Assembly: GCF_006345805.1 (NCBI RefSeq)
Contig: NC_043006.1
Coordinates: 92,938,001-93,002,000, forward strand
DNA: 64,000 bases
Direction: 5' to 3'
From: Octopus sinensis
Taxonomy: Eukaryota
The position numbers and the translations under genes are program-made. Shown piece after piece: positions 13,925 through 26,794 of this stretch (within the stretch, counting starts at the first letter, position 1; each line of letters begins with the position of its first letter). Below the pieces are notes generated by a model that saw only the letters and a list, made by a program, of their open reading frames with translations, did no database searches and was not told the origin of the DNA.

Positions 13925-14644
13925 TATATATATTTATATGTATATATTCATTCTCTCATAAGACTGGCATTTACAAAAAGTGCTCTGATCTTATTTTTTG
14001 TTGCTATCTATTTGGGATTCTGAGGTAGAATGAATCCAAAAGTAAATGGGAATTGTAACGAACTCAACTTCAAAACAAGGCAACACAATTCTACACAGTA
14101 GCGTTAATCGAATGGTGCTTTAAAATTTGGGGAAAATAAAAAAGAGTGAAAATGTATTAAAAACGAAAATATCGAATGAAACATAGATAGTGGCAAACAC
14201 AATTAGAGATAATCTTTGGAAGTGCAGTCAGTTTGAAAATTTTGAAGAATTTTGAATGACTGCAACCACGTCTTAGAACCTTAAATCCATCCAAAGTAAA
14301 GGCTGGCAGTTTTGATCCTGTAACCTACTCATACAATTTCATGTATTTTTGAACGTTGGCACAATAAGAACAGAAACAATTATACGCATTCTACTCGCTC
14401 TTATATTGATCTCATAGATTCTTGCTTGACGTATTTCTAAAAGTGGTCTTCTCTTTTAGATCTTAATTTGAAATTCGCACTGACAAGGTTTTTGCAGAAT
14501 GAAAGAAGTATGTAATATATGTATAAAAACGCACACGCGCACACATATATATATTATTTGAGGTTTGTGTATACACATGGAAGTATGCTAATTGAAGCAC
14601 GTTCACAGAGGTCAAGTGATTTCATCAACAGTGTCGATTTAATT

Positions 14645-14910
14645 TATGTTTTTATTGCCGACAGGGAACTAAACATAGAGGGGACAAGCATGGACAGACA
14701 AAGGGATTAAGTCGATTAAATCGATCCCAGTGCATAACTGGTACTTATTTCATCGACCCCGAAAGGATGAAAGGCCAAGTCGACCTCGGCAGAATTTGAA
14801 CTCAGAGCGTAAATGCAGACGAAATACCTATTTCTATTTCTTTACTACTCACAAGGGGCTAAACACAGAGAGAACAAACAAGGACAGACAAACGAATTAA
14901 GTCAATTATC
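14645..14910 (-). mobile_element. Two tandem partial copies of the Meta-core-like SINE with a Tx1-like tail
   Basis: Contains the reverse complement of the GCCTTTCATCCTTTCGGGGTCGATGAAATAAGTACCAG core and two tails of the TTGTCCCCTCT.TGTTTAGCCCC type. Confidence 0.75.
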
Positions 14911-15829
14911 TCCCATCGGTCATACGCATCCTTCGGTACAGGAGCTTCTCATAAGGTGACTTTTCAAAGGGTATCTCCCTTAATAAAATCAGTTAATTGC
15001 CTGTAGCTGGTTGCATACGGGGTTTCATAGCTTACAATGATACGGAATGGATACAGTTCGTTTTTATAAGGCGATGGACCTACGTATGATCAATCATACA
15101 GAAAACACGTATTTTAAGAATTAAAAAGTTAGAAAATATTATTTTGATAAGCGGTGCCCCAGCATGGCCACAGCTCATAAGCTGAAACTAGAATCAATCA
15201 ATCAATCAATCATACAACGACCTGATACTATTCTTAGTTTGATAAAGATATTTCATTAAATAAAGTCATTAAAAGATAGGCAGTCGCGTGGGAGTCGGAT
15301 ACGCAAAAACACAACGGCACACTTGAGCGGTTTATTAGAGTTTAGCGACGCGACTAAAGTGTTTTATAGATACATACAAAAACACATTCACTCTCCTCGC
15401 CTCCATCTTACAGACACCGAAGAATCAGTTGGCGGGCATTTAATGTTGATTTATGATTTGACTTCCACTGTCCCCGGGATCCACCTCCTCTGTCTATCTA
15501 TACATTTATATATTCACGGAGGTACACGCTCGCACACACACACACACGCACATGGCTTCACGGACACAAATTTCCGCACGGATATGTATGGATAGTTATA
15601 TTCACAAATGCGTGAAAGATTTCATATAATGAGGTACAACATGGATATTAATAACGCAGTATAGGAATGTCAATAACACGGTATGCATTTTGCTCAAGCA
15701 ATAATAGTATGGTCAGTATATACATATTAATTGAATAAATAGCCAATAACATTTTATAAAGTCCTACAGTCTAATTTGCATGTATTTGAATACTATTTGA
15801 AAAGTCGCCTGACGCGATACAGCTACATA

Positions 15830-16088
15830 GAATCATGGCCGTGAAATTTACATGCAATTGGCTGAGCACTCTACAGACACATGTACCCTTAACGCTGTTC
15901 TCGGGGAGACACAGAGTATCACATGGCTCTCTCTTTGAATTACAGACACAACTCACTTTTGCCACCTGAGTTGACTGCAGCAACGTCAAAATAAGTGTCT
16001 TGCTCAAAGGCACAACGGGTCGCCGGGAACTGAACTCACGGCCTTACGATCTTGAGCCAAATGCTCTAACCACTAAGCCACCTGGCTT
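15830..16088 (-). mobile_element. tRNA-derived SINE with V-domain-like core
   Basis: Minus strand: GGTGGCTTAGTGGTTAGAGC (A box), GAGTTCAGTTCCC (B box), TGTGCCTTTGAGCAAGACACTTA (V-domain-like). Confidence 0.7.
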
Positions 16089-16208
16089 CATATATATATG
16101 TTTTTATAGTACGGTATGTATACCATATATATATATAGAGAGAGAGAAAGTGAGAGAGATACATAGACATATATATGTGCATACATGTAGATGTATACCC
16201 ACACACAC

Positions 16209-16241
<33 letters not shown>

Positions 16242-16369
16242 GTTTATTTAAAAGCAGCAAAAAATTCACCAAAACCTGTTACTCTGAGTTTCACGTTCTC
16301 GTTCGTCGGACAGTTTTTGCTAGAATAAGATCTTTTTTCCACCTCGTTTCACATTTATGTGTTTACTCC

Positions 16370-16439
<70 letters not shown>

Positions 16440-16730
16440 TAAGAGAGTGACCACCATGTTGTCTACTCTAGCACTAAAAATAGATCCGCAAGGTTTCAGC
16501 CACAAAAGAAATTGTTTCCGTTGAAAGTTAGCACTACTACCAGCGCAAATGAACAGGGCAAATAAACATAACAAAATATAGATTAGTTCGAGACAATTGT
16601 TTCGCTATTAATAAATTATGTGGTTTTACTTACATAAATTTATCTGTAGCTCCTCAGCCGAACCCGTCCAGAATACAATTTACCCGATCGCAGGCTAGAC
16701 TTCACCATAACGATAAACGCACGTGCGGTC

Positions 16731-16979
16731 GAGTCGATTGTTCTCGCTGTTATAATTCAAGTGCCCCTGTCATCGCCCGCCAAAATTCACGGAAAAAAAT
16801 ACTGCACTAAGCCACTTGGTGGTAAATAGATGTGCTATTAAATTAGTACCCAATTTTTTCATCCTTATCGGTTGATTGTTATTATGCTGCATTTAATTTG
16901 GGATGTAGTATTTGTTTCCGTGAATTTTGGCGGGCGATGACAGGGGCACTTGAATTATAACAGCGAGTACAATCGACTC
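16731..16979. repeat. Inverted repeat with ~76-bp arms and ~97-bp spacer (MITE-like or inverted duplication)
   Basis: 16731-16806 is the reverse complement of 16904-16979 with few mismatches. Confidence 0.85.
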
Positions 16980-16988
16980 ATCCTTATC

Positions 16989-17040
<52 letters not shown>

Positions 17041-17046
<6 letters not shown>

Positions 17047-17232
17047 ATGATACATTACTCGGTAGGCAAGATAAAACTCTGAGTTTCAGATGCCGAAGTG
17101 GAAATCCACAACACCATCTCTTCGGTTATCTGGCTATAGCCAGATAACCGAAGAGATGGTGTTGTGGATTTCCACTTCGGCATCTGAAACTCAGAGTTTT
17201 ATCTTGACTACCGAGTAATGTAACATATTGTA
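17041..17232. repeat. Spacerless palindrome with 96-bp arms
   Basis: Centre TGGCTA|TAGCCA between 17136 and 17137; only two mismatches found by hand. Confidence 0.9.
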
Positions 17233-17300
17233 TAGATAAATTTCCTCTATTTACATAATATTGAGGTCTCTTTCTTTCTTTTGTTATCTTACCGTTTTAT

Positions 17301-17415
<115 letters not shown>

Positions 17416-17499
17416 GTATATATATACATAGGTATTTATGCATATTACTCCACGTATTAATGATAATTTCAAATTTTGATACAAGACTGGCAAACTTAT

Positions 17500-17615
17500 T
17501 GATGAGAGGTGTATATCGATTGCATCGATTCCGCGATCTACTGATTGATATTCTATCGATGCTGAAAGGATGAAATGTAGAATCGATCTCGTCAGCATTT
17601 GAGCTCAGAAAGTAA
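17500..17615 (-). mobile_element. Degenerate Meta-core-like SINE fragment
   Basis: GATGCTGAAAGGATGAAATGTAGAATCGATCTCGTCAGCATTTGAGCTCAGAA is a decayed reverse complement of the SINE core. Confidence 0.5.
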
Positions 17616-17649
17616 ATTACCGGAGGTAATGACACTAAACATTGTGTCT

Positions 17650-17698
<49 letters not shown>

Positions 17699-18129
17699 AC
17701 CGTTCGTACGTTACTTCAGAGTTACTCAAATAAATCACTCGCTATTCAAAGTGATATTCCCTACATACATTCCATAACGATCTGAAAGTAGAGGTCAAGT
17801 TAGACATTGACTATTTTACCATTCTATATATATTTTGACATTTCCTGAGAAATTTTGGCATTATTCATATTGTCCGCAATGGCACTTGTGAACAATCCAC
17901 CCATTGATATAATGCCAGGATCTTAATGTAAGTGAATATTTCCATATAATTATAGAACAAAAAATTATTATTATTATTATACATACATTCTGAAATTCAC
18001 ATGTCTAATTCCAGAAATATTTATATTCACATAAGAAATTAAAATGTCAATTAGCAATAACTGTGATAAATAACTTTGTCTGATATCTCAATTGATCCTA
18101 ATGACTTTTATATCAAGCTAATATGTAAG

Positions 18130-18300
18130 GCTGACAGAATCGTTGGCGCATTGGACAAAGTGTTTCTCAGCATTTCTTCCAGATCTTTAAATCTGAGTTC
18201 AAATCTCACCGAGGACAAATCAGCCATCTTCACTTCGGAGTCGATGAGGTCCAACTCAAACAATAACTGTCTTGAGCCCAATTCGGTGTCGTTGATGTGA
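18130..18300 (+). mobile_element. Degenerate Meta-core-like SINE
   Basis: GGCTGACAGAATCGTTGGC...TCTGAGTTCAAATCTCACCGAGGACAAATCAGCCATCTTCAC...GGTGTCGTTG parallels the copy at 23754. Confidence 0.5.
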
Positions 18301-19877
18301 TCTCGTTTAGTTATAAATCATGGAAATTGAATAACCGGTCTTGCCTCACCTAGAGCGTATATGGATATAATCACACATACAAGTCTGCATAACTATACGC
18401 ATATAGGCACAGCATATATATATATATGCATGTATGCATGTATGTGTGTTTGCATACACAAGCACTATTTTACACTCAAATAATTTCAAAGAAGAGACAT
18501 GGTAATCCAATCAGGATAGACCCTTTCCTAAACGGGAAACGTGAACACACATAGAACATAAACTCAATACACAAAAGAAATATAGCCCAATGACGAACTA
18601 CCTCAGCACACAAGTATAAGAACATTCGACACAGAACAAAAACAAAACAATGCAAACAAATTGACCACCAAACAATTTGCCCAAATGACAAATCAAAGGG
18701 CGACAATCATCCAAAAGATGCCACAGGGGAATAACGTCCCTTGATTCATTGCTTCATTGTTTTATTTGCGTGAATCCAAGAGAATCTGAACGAGGCTGTA
18801 TTTCCCGAAATGGAGGCGAACTTCTTTCTCTATGTGATTGGCTTGAAAAAATGTTAAAATTGTTAGGATATTTTAGTACTTTTCTTAGCATGAAACCAAC
18901 GGTAGCCTAAATTCACAAATAAAGAAATTATATTCACCAATCCGTCGTAGAGCACTCATTTTCATCGTTCGACATTAACGTATATTAGATAGAGGCAGTT
19001 TATACATATATATGGATATATTTTAGTATATTGTTTCAAATGGTTTTGCATCTGATTTCCAAAACCCGATGAGGTCAACTTTCAGTCTTTTGCATCGAGA
19101 ACCAATAGAAAGATATGGCGATTGATAAACTGGATCAATTTTATCGACAATGCATCTCACGTACGCAAATTGGCGTTGAGTCAATTTGAAATTAATATTT
19201 TTAGATATAAATGAGTATTTCTGTCGTCATGTATATGTGTGTGTATTTGTAAAGCGGCAATGGTGTTGGTGTTGGTAGTTGCCGCGTTGTTGTTGTTCTT
19301 ATTGTTTGTCGAGGGGCGGGCAAAGGATATTTTTAGTAGTAAGTTTTGCTTTTTTCAGTATTTGATAGTGTTAATGGCCTTCACGGAGTGACAATGTCAG
19401 TAATAAAAGTGATAATTTGAAAGGCTAATTACCGAGTTCTATAAATATAATCAAGAAATGCGATACCAAGTTTTAAACCGGAAGTTGGTATTTGAGGATG
19501 AAAAGAAAGGCGTGCAATTATAGGACGTATTTACAGGAAATATATTTATAGGAAAACGATATGTAACGGAATAATAAAGAGAAAAAATATATAAATGTCT
19601 CTTAAATGAAAGAATGGTTCACATATTTTCTCTTTTGGGAAGTATCCAAAAACAATTTTAAGGGAAATAATAACAAAACCGAACACACACATGTGTGTGG
19701 GCGCGCACGCGCGAACACACACACGCGTAAGTATATATGCCTATACGTAGATATATATATATAAATATATATATACCTATTCATATAGATATAACACATA
19801 TATATGTATATATATGATTATAACTATATATCTATATATATACATATAGATACATGCACACAGACACATATACACAA

Positions 19878-19936
<59 letters not shown>

Positions 19937-20234
19937 TATACAGATAGGGATATATGTGAATATTTAAAGATACATGTATACGTATATACATGTGTATACA
20001 TATAATTTAAGTACATACTATATAAATATATAGAAATATGTATATATACGTACATACACAGACATACACATATATATATATGTATGCATACATATTTATA
20101 CGTATAAGCACACACCCTCATACACACACACCAACACGCGCACAAACACACACACATATAAGTATACATGAATAAATATAGGACAGTGGTGTAAATGAGT
20201 GTTCCATTCCTTATATGAGTGTAAATATTCTTCA

Positions 20235-20560
20235 TAGCTTAACAGAAGAATGTAACCATTGAATGCTTTGCGCAAAGAGACACAAATAATGACTAATGTT
20301 CCACAGGACACTGTATTGGGGTCGCTACTATTCATAGTGGGCCTCTCAGGCATGTTCTCAGCTGCCCGAGTTGCCACTCTTGCTAGCTGCGTAGGAGATA
20401 CAGAATGCTGGAGAGGTTGTGCATCTGCAACGGGAGTTGGACGCATTAAACAGGTGGGCTGAAGACAATAACATGCAGTTTAATGCTGGAGAATTCCAAG
20501 CCCTATGCTACCAACTCACGAATTTGAATAAAAAACAGACAGGATACACGGGACCAGGTA
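20235..20560 (+). pseudogene. CR1/L2-like LINE RT fragment (domains 4-7)
   Basis: NVPQDTVLGSLLFI (from GVPQGxVLGPLLF), a decayed YADD equivalent, then LQRELDALNRWAEDNNMQFNAGEFQAL. Confidence 0.7.
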
Positions 20561-20708
20561 TGTATATAATAAAAATACATGTGTAGTATCTATAGATTTA
20601 ATATAACAATCTATAACAAAATTGACTAAATATCAAATAATATAATACCTAATTAGCTTAAATTTAGTATTACAAATACATAATCCACCTATATATCAAT
20701 ATATAATA

Positions 20709-20773
<65 letters not shown>

Positions 20774-20939
20774 CTTATAGACACACTTTTCAATCCCCAT
20801 CGAAGAACCTGCACCATAAATCACAACAACAGGGCACTCCACCACAACAGGGGACAGCTACATAACAGCTACCGCTCCAATCACCTCAATCATTTTTTAG
20901 ACCAAATACGAAACAAAGAGATACAAGATAGCACCAGAC

Positions 20940-21690
20940 AGATTGAAGGAGCCGAAAGTGATAAAAATCATCAATCTAACACACAAAGAACTTGCAGCAA
21001 ATCAAATCAACATACTCTCCAAAGGGCTCCAACTTACCCCACCCCCAGCCCACCCCAACTCCAACAGCATGAAAGAAGACGTTGCAGAATTCTGTGGTAA
21101 ATACGACAAGCTAAGGAACTCTACGACCAATACAACGAGGATGAATTGTTAGAACGAAATAAAAGTAACTACATCCCCTCAAAAGCTAAGAACAAAATTC
21201 TTGATCATTTCTGTGAATACATCTCGAATTACTCATATCAACATATACACAAACAAAAACAAAAGTCAACCTTTAGCAAAAAGTAATGCGCTGAGCTGAA
21301 CAAAATTAAAGATGTTAAAGTAATAACAATCAAACGGGTGTAGTTGTCTTAATGGATACGGTATACTATATAACTCTAGTACTATCCATTTTAGAAGACG
21401 CAACTTATTATGGAGAGGTTTAGCAGTCAGTAGAAAATGAGAAGCCTAAAAACTATGTTAAACCTATACAGAGAAGGGCTCACCGACAAGTAATATGACT
21501 GTATGACTTTCTTCATAAGTAAATCTGACGAACTACCCAGCTTTAGAATTTTTCGCCTCTATAAATTCAGGGATGATGCAACCTATAATCAGCGCATTAG
21601 CAAAGAGTCATATTTTATCGCAAAATATAAACTCCTTTTGAATGTGTCCACAAAAATGACACTACTTACAAGGGCCTTAGAATAATACGC
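20940..21690 (+). mobile_element. Internally deleted Penelope-like element (N-terminus joined to the GIY-YIG C-terminus)
   Basis: IINLTHKELAANQINILSKGLQLTP..KEDVAEFC (PLE N-terminal NLSxxxL..LxKGLxFxP motif), GVVVLMD..YY, then an abrupt jump near 21515 to FRIFRLYK..RISKESYFIAKYKLLLN (GIY-YIG tail). Confidence 0.7.
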
Positions 21691-22236
21691 GCGCAAATAT
21701 TGAAACGGGTATATTAAGAAGAGTCAGTACACATGAACTTATTCAGAACAATTCCCCTCCCTACTATTACAACAACAACAATTCAATTTTAGGTAATTTG
21801 ATCATTTAAGAGGATTCCACCAACATCCTACTCTCTTCTTCTTCTTCTTCTTGGCTACTACTGCTGCTTAAACTATCAAGACCAAATATTATTTAGGCCT
21901 GCAACTACCTACTACCTGCTACCAAGCCTCCACAAAATCAGAAGAGAGAGAGAGACAGACAGACAGACAGGCAGAGACAGAAAAAATGGAAAATGTCCCT
22001 TGCATTTGAAAACTATGAAAATATTTTTAAAAGACATTTCATTTAATTTTGCCATAATTTAATTATTTTTCATGCTTTGCTCCAAGTTGAAAAAGTCGCA
22101 AAGACTGAAACCAGCACGAAAGTGGTCTTCATGATAAAATTATTTTAGCATTTTCTACCCTGTTTTATTTTTCTTATATATATATATGTGTGTGTGTGTA
22201 TGTGTGTGCATGTGTGTATGTGTGCGTGTGTGTGTG

Positions 22237-22291
<55 letters not shown>

Positions 22292-22875
22292 ATTTATATA
22301 TCATTATATCTATGGATTCCGGTCCACGAATCTCAATAATAATTATTGGTTAGTGCAGCAACCTAACGACATTGGTTTGAGTGCTACTTAGATTATTGAG
22401 CTCGGAAATGCGGAGAGGGCACAAACACACACTCAACACACAGACACTTATGATGGAATCGCGAGACGACAGGGAAGAAATCTATAAGAATACCTGTTTT
22501 GGTTCTCTGCGATTTTATGATCGTTGACAGTCCGGAGCTAAAGTGCGGAATTGTTAGAGCAAGAGATGAGATCCCTCTATTACGACGCACACATTTAATG
22601 ATGGAAATATAGTTTTTAGTGCGTGTGTCTTCATTGGTAAAATAATAGTCTCAAAGAGAATAATGCAAATTACACTCTGGTTGGAAATGAATAATGAAAG
22701 AATATTTTAAAATTTCAATATATATCTTAGCTTAAGCATAAATTTACAATATGAAAGTCTGAATTTCTACTTAAAGTATAAGTTAAAATGTAGTACGGAA
22801 ATATATATATGTACACACACACATACATACATACATATGGTAATAAGGCTAGCAGTGTCTGGACAGGATTTTAAA

Positions 22876-22876
<1 letters not shown>

Positions 22877-22954
<78 letters not shown>
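22877..22954 (+). repeat. Pure (CTAT)n microsatellite with no adjoining Tx1-like element
   Basis: About 19 perfect units; no LINE 3' end adjacent. Confidence 0.95.
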
Positions 22955-22956
22955 AA

Positions 22957-22994
<38 letters not shown>

Positions 22995-23145
22995 GTTATT
23001 GTATGAAAAAAATTTATAACATTCTTCAGACATAATGACTCAAATATATATTTTTTAACCTTTTAAAACAAGCCTTCTGTAGTTTTTTCACTTTTTACTA
23101 TTTTCTATATATTCAACCACGTGCTTTCACACACCAGCTTTCTCA

Positions 23146-23215
<70 letters not shown>

Positions 23216-23753
23216 TCACAAGATTAGACAAATAATTTTATTAAAGATGAACGGTACGTTAGAAAAGACAGAGCTATTCTGAGGGCGAGACAGACAGACA
23301 GAAACTGGCCAAGTGCGATCAGACAGGATCCAATTATATCAGGCATAAGTATATTCGTATGTTATATTTGGTGTCTGATTCTATAACACTTAAAATAAAG
23401 TCATGGAATATTTGCTAATCTCAGACGACGAGGAAGAGAAAAATGCTTGCGCCCCTACCATAAACAATTAACTGAAGCATTCCTTTAAAATCTCTCACAA
23501 TGTATAGTCCTGTAATAATGAATGGCACTGCAGGTGGACAGCTGATATCTCCTCTTAAAAGTACATTTAATGATCTTCCCAATTATCATCTATAAATATC
23601 GTTATAAACTATTTTCGTCTACATGGCTAATATTTGGGTTACACGTAATTAATACGATACATAAATCTCCTAATACGCTATACTGGCCGATACTTCATAA
23701 TTTCAGACTTTGCAGATGTTACTGGTAAGTCTATAGATATATAGAGATGTAAA

Positions 23754-23989
23754 GGCGGCGAGCTGGCAGAAACATTAGCACGCCGGGCGAAATGCGTAGC
23801 CGTATTTTGCCTGCCGTTACGTTCTGAGTTCAAATTCCGCCGAGGTCGAATTTGCCTTTCATCCTTTCGGGGTTGATAAATTAAGTACCAATTACGCACT
23901 GGTGTCGATGTAATCGACTTAATCCGTTTGTCTGTCCTTGTTTGTCCCCGCTGTGTTTAGCCCCTTGTGGGTAGTAAAGAGATAGGTAT
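23754..23989 (+). mobile_element. Near-complete tRNA-derived SINE with Meta-domain-like core and Tx1-like tail
   Basis: Head GGCGGCGAGCTGGCAGAAAC, B box GAGTTCAAATTCC, core GCCTTTCATCCTTTCGGGGTTGATAAATTAAGTACC (recalled as similar to the MetaSINE/Sauria core), tail TTTGTCCCCGCTGTGTTTAGCCCCTTGTGGGTAGTAAAGA. Confidence 0.8.
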
Positions 23990-25261
23990 AAAGGAATGTA
24001 ATAATAATATTATTGGTTGAGAAAATGAGAAAAGAGAAAAAAATCGGGACAGTATAGCTTATAGTCACAAAGTGCTGGCTATTGCTGACTATGTTAAGAA
24101 CATAGATTTGGAAGAATAAATAAAGTTTTTCCAACGCCTGTCATTGCCTCGTTAACAATTACTATGAGGAAGAAATAATTTCATATCTGTTGTGATTTGA
24201 AATTTAATAAATTTCAGGAAAATGATATAGAATTCACAGATCTTTGTTTTACGTATTACAAATTTCTTAAAACTTTTAATCATGTGCAGCACTATTTCCT
24301 TCGTTTATTTTCGAGACGACGTCAGTGCGCTTGAACGCAGAAATATATTCCTTTCACTTCGAGATATTTGTGCAGTAACCGTATGTATTTTACAAGCCTT
24401 CATACAATACTACCGGGGATGGCAATAATGGTCTGTAGTTTGATATAAATTGCAAAAAAAAAAAGAAAACATAATTAAATAACATATATAAAAATATCTC
24501 AGTATAATTATACGTAAAACATATATGCAATAATTCAGGAACGCTTAGTTTAGACATAGACAAACAGTTTCCCAGTGAAAATTATGGTCATTATATTGTT
24601 TCATTCAACATATTTGTCTTCAGTTTTTACACCAATACAAAGTAAACTTTCTGCATATTACGCTTATTTTTTTATATACATTTTACTACAACCAGGCATA
24701 TAATTGCTTACAAACTGATCCTTTTCTAAACTCTAAATTACATTTAACACAGATAATCGTGTGTATACTTTCCTACGCAGTCACCTGAATTTATGTTATA
24801 CTTACATAAAAATACTACGGAAATATTATCACTGTTAAGGTAGAAGAGGGAAGTTCGTGGAAAGGTGAAGTGTCCAAAGCATTGATCATCTGCATTTCTA
24901 TCCTTTTGTGTGATCACACGTATGTTTCTCAGAAAGACAGAAAAAACCATGACCAAAATAAATAAAGACAAGAAATATGAAACAAGTACCACATTGATCT
25001 GGATTAGTGAAACGGCTAAACAGAAAGATTGACTGATAAATTAATACATTTATAAGCATGCTAAATGAGAGATAGGTAGGGACATCAAACTATCTATTTA
25101 CATATAAACTTATTTATAAGTAAATTTTTGCCTTTCTCTGTATTTAACTTGCCCTTCTTGCGAACCTGTCTATCTAACAGGCAATCTAACTTACATGTCT
25201 ATCTAACAGGCAATCTAACTTACATGTCTATCTAATAGTTTACCTGTTTATCTATCCAATG

Positions 25262-25655
25262 CGGTGGAGGCGCAATGGCCCAGTGGTTAAGGCAGCGGAC
25301 TGGCGGTTGTAGGATCGCAGTTTCGATTCCCAGACCAGGCCTTATGTGTGTTTATTGAGCGAAAACACCTAAAACTTCACGAGGATCCAGCAGGGGTGTA
25401 GACGAACCCTGCTGTACTCATTCACCACAACTTTCTCTCACTCTTTCTTCCTGCTTCTGTTGTACCTCTATTTCGAAGGGCCAGCCTTGTCACAATCTCT
25501 GTCACGCTGAATATCCCTGAGAATTACATTAAGGGTACATGTGGCTGAGGAGTGCTCATCTACTTGCACGTTAATTTCACGAGCAGACTGTTCCGTTGAT
25601 CGGATCAACTGGAACCCTCGTCGTCGCGACCGTCGGAGTGCCACGATACAATGGT
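25262..25655 (+). mobile_element. tRNA-derived SINE (Octopus OR-like)
   Basis: A box TGGCCCAGTGG and B box GTTTCGATTCCC; body and tail shared with the copies at 11015 and 57780. Confidence 0.75.
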
Positions 25656-26077
25656 GCATAGCTATGCAGCCAACTTCAAACTCTTTGATCTTTAGTATTC
25701 ATTTATAACTTATCCCAAACTCTGTTTCTGTATGATGATTAAGTTACCCTATATGTTATACTAACCATCCAAGGAATTTAAGTTATCATATAAAAAGGAG
25801 ATAAATAACACGAATGAAAATTCAAGTCAATTCCCCTCACTTGAATATACCTAGAATATCCGTCTGTAACTGAATTAAAATGCTCCGCTCACGAGGCTTC
25901 ACCATCCCTAATCAACAATTTACAGTACACACAAACATTTATATATATATAACGGGAAGCTTTATGAAAATAGACAAAACACGAAGGCAGGTGGAAAACA
26001 AACAAACAATTGTATTAGTATGGCGCTCAGGAAATATAAATAAAACAAGTCTTTAACGTTTCGAGCCTACGCTCCAT

Positions 26078-26114
<37 letters not shown>

Positions 26115-26160
26115 TGATTAAATAAAAAGGGGTTTGTATGATTGTGTATAGAGGGATACA

Positions 26161-26593
26161 TATTATTCAAAGAAATTCCAACTCTGTTTTTCATGTTTTA
26201 TTTATATTCGTTTTAATATTAACGTAGAATATAGAATATATAGTATAAATAATATATATATAGTAAAATGAAATGAAGTATTGATTGTCTTATTGAATAG
26301 ATGAAATATTGAATATCAAATATTAAGGGACTAGTATACTTTCTTGCATTTAAGCAATCTTCAAGGTCCCAGGTTGTGACAGAACCTGGAACCTTGAAGA
26401 CTGCTTAAATGCAAGAAAGTATACTAGTCCCTTAATATTTGATATTCAATATTTCATCTATTCAATAAGACAATCAATACTTCATTTCATTTTACTATAT
26501 ATTTATTATACTATATATTCCATATCCTACGTTTATATTAAAAAGAATATAAATAAAACACGAAAAACAGAGTTGGAATTTATTTGAATAATA
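26161..26593. mobile_element. Foldback/MITE-like element with ~215-bp inverted arms and a 7-nt loop
   Basis: Arms meet at CAGGTT-gtgacag-AACCTG (26370-26388); AT-rich and flanked by TA-rich sequence. Confidence 0.8.
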
Positions 26594-26676
26594 TATATAC
26601 ATATATATATATATATATGCATATATGCATACTTACATATGTACATACTTACATATGTACATACTTACATCTATGC

Positions 26677-26736
<60 letters not shown>

Positions 26737-26794
26737 GTAGTAACAGAACAGAGGAATTTCGGTTGTCCCCACGTGGTGGATTGTAGTGTATATA

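Noticed and set aside
26050-26080. CGTTTCGAGCCTACGCTC Penelope-end or hammerhead half motif (similar decayed motifs near 27580 and 61770)
   Set aside because: Only stem II plus GAAA, or only CUGAUGA, survives in each; not enough to call a ribozyme.
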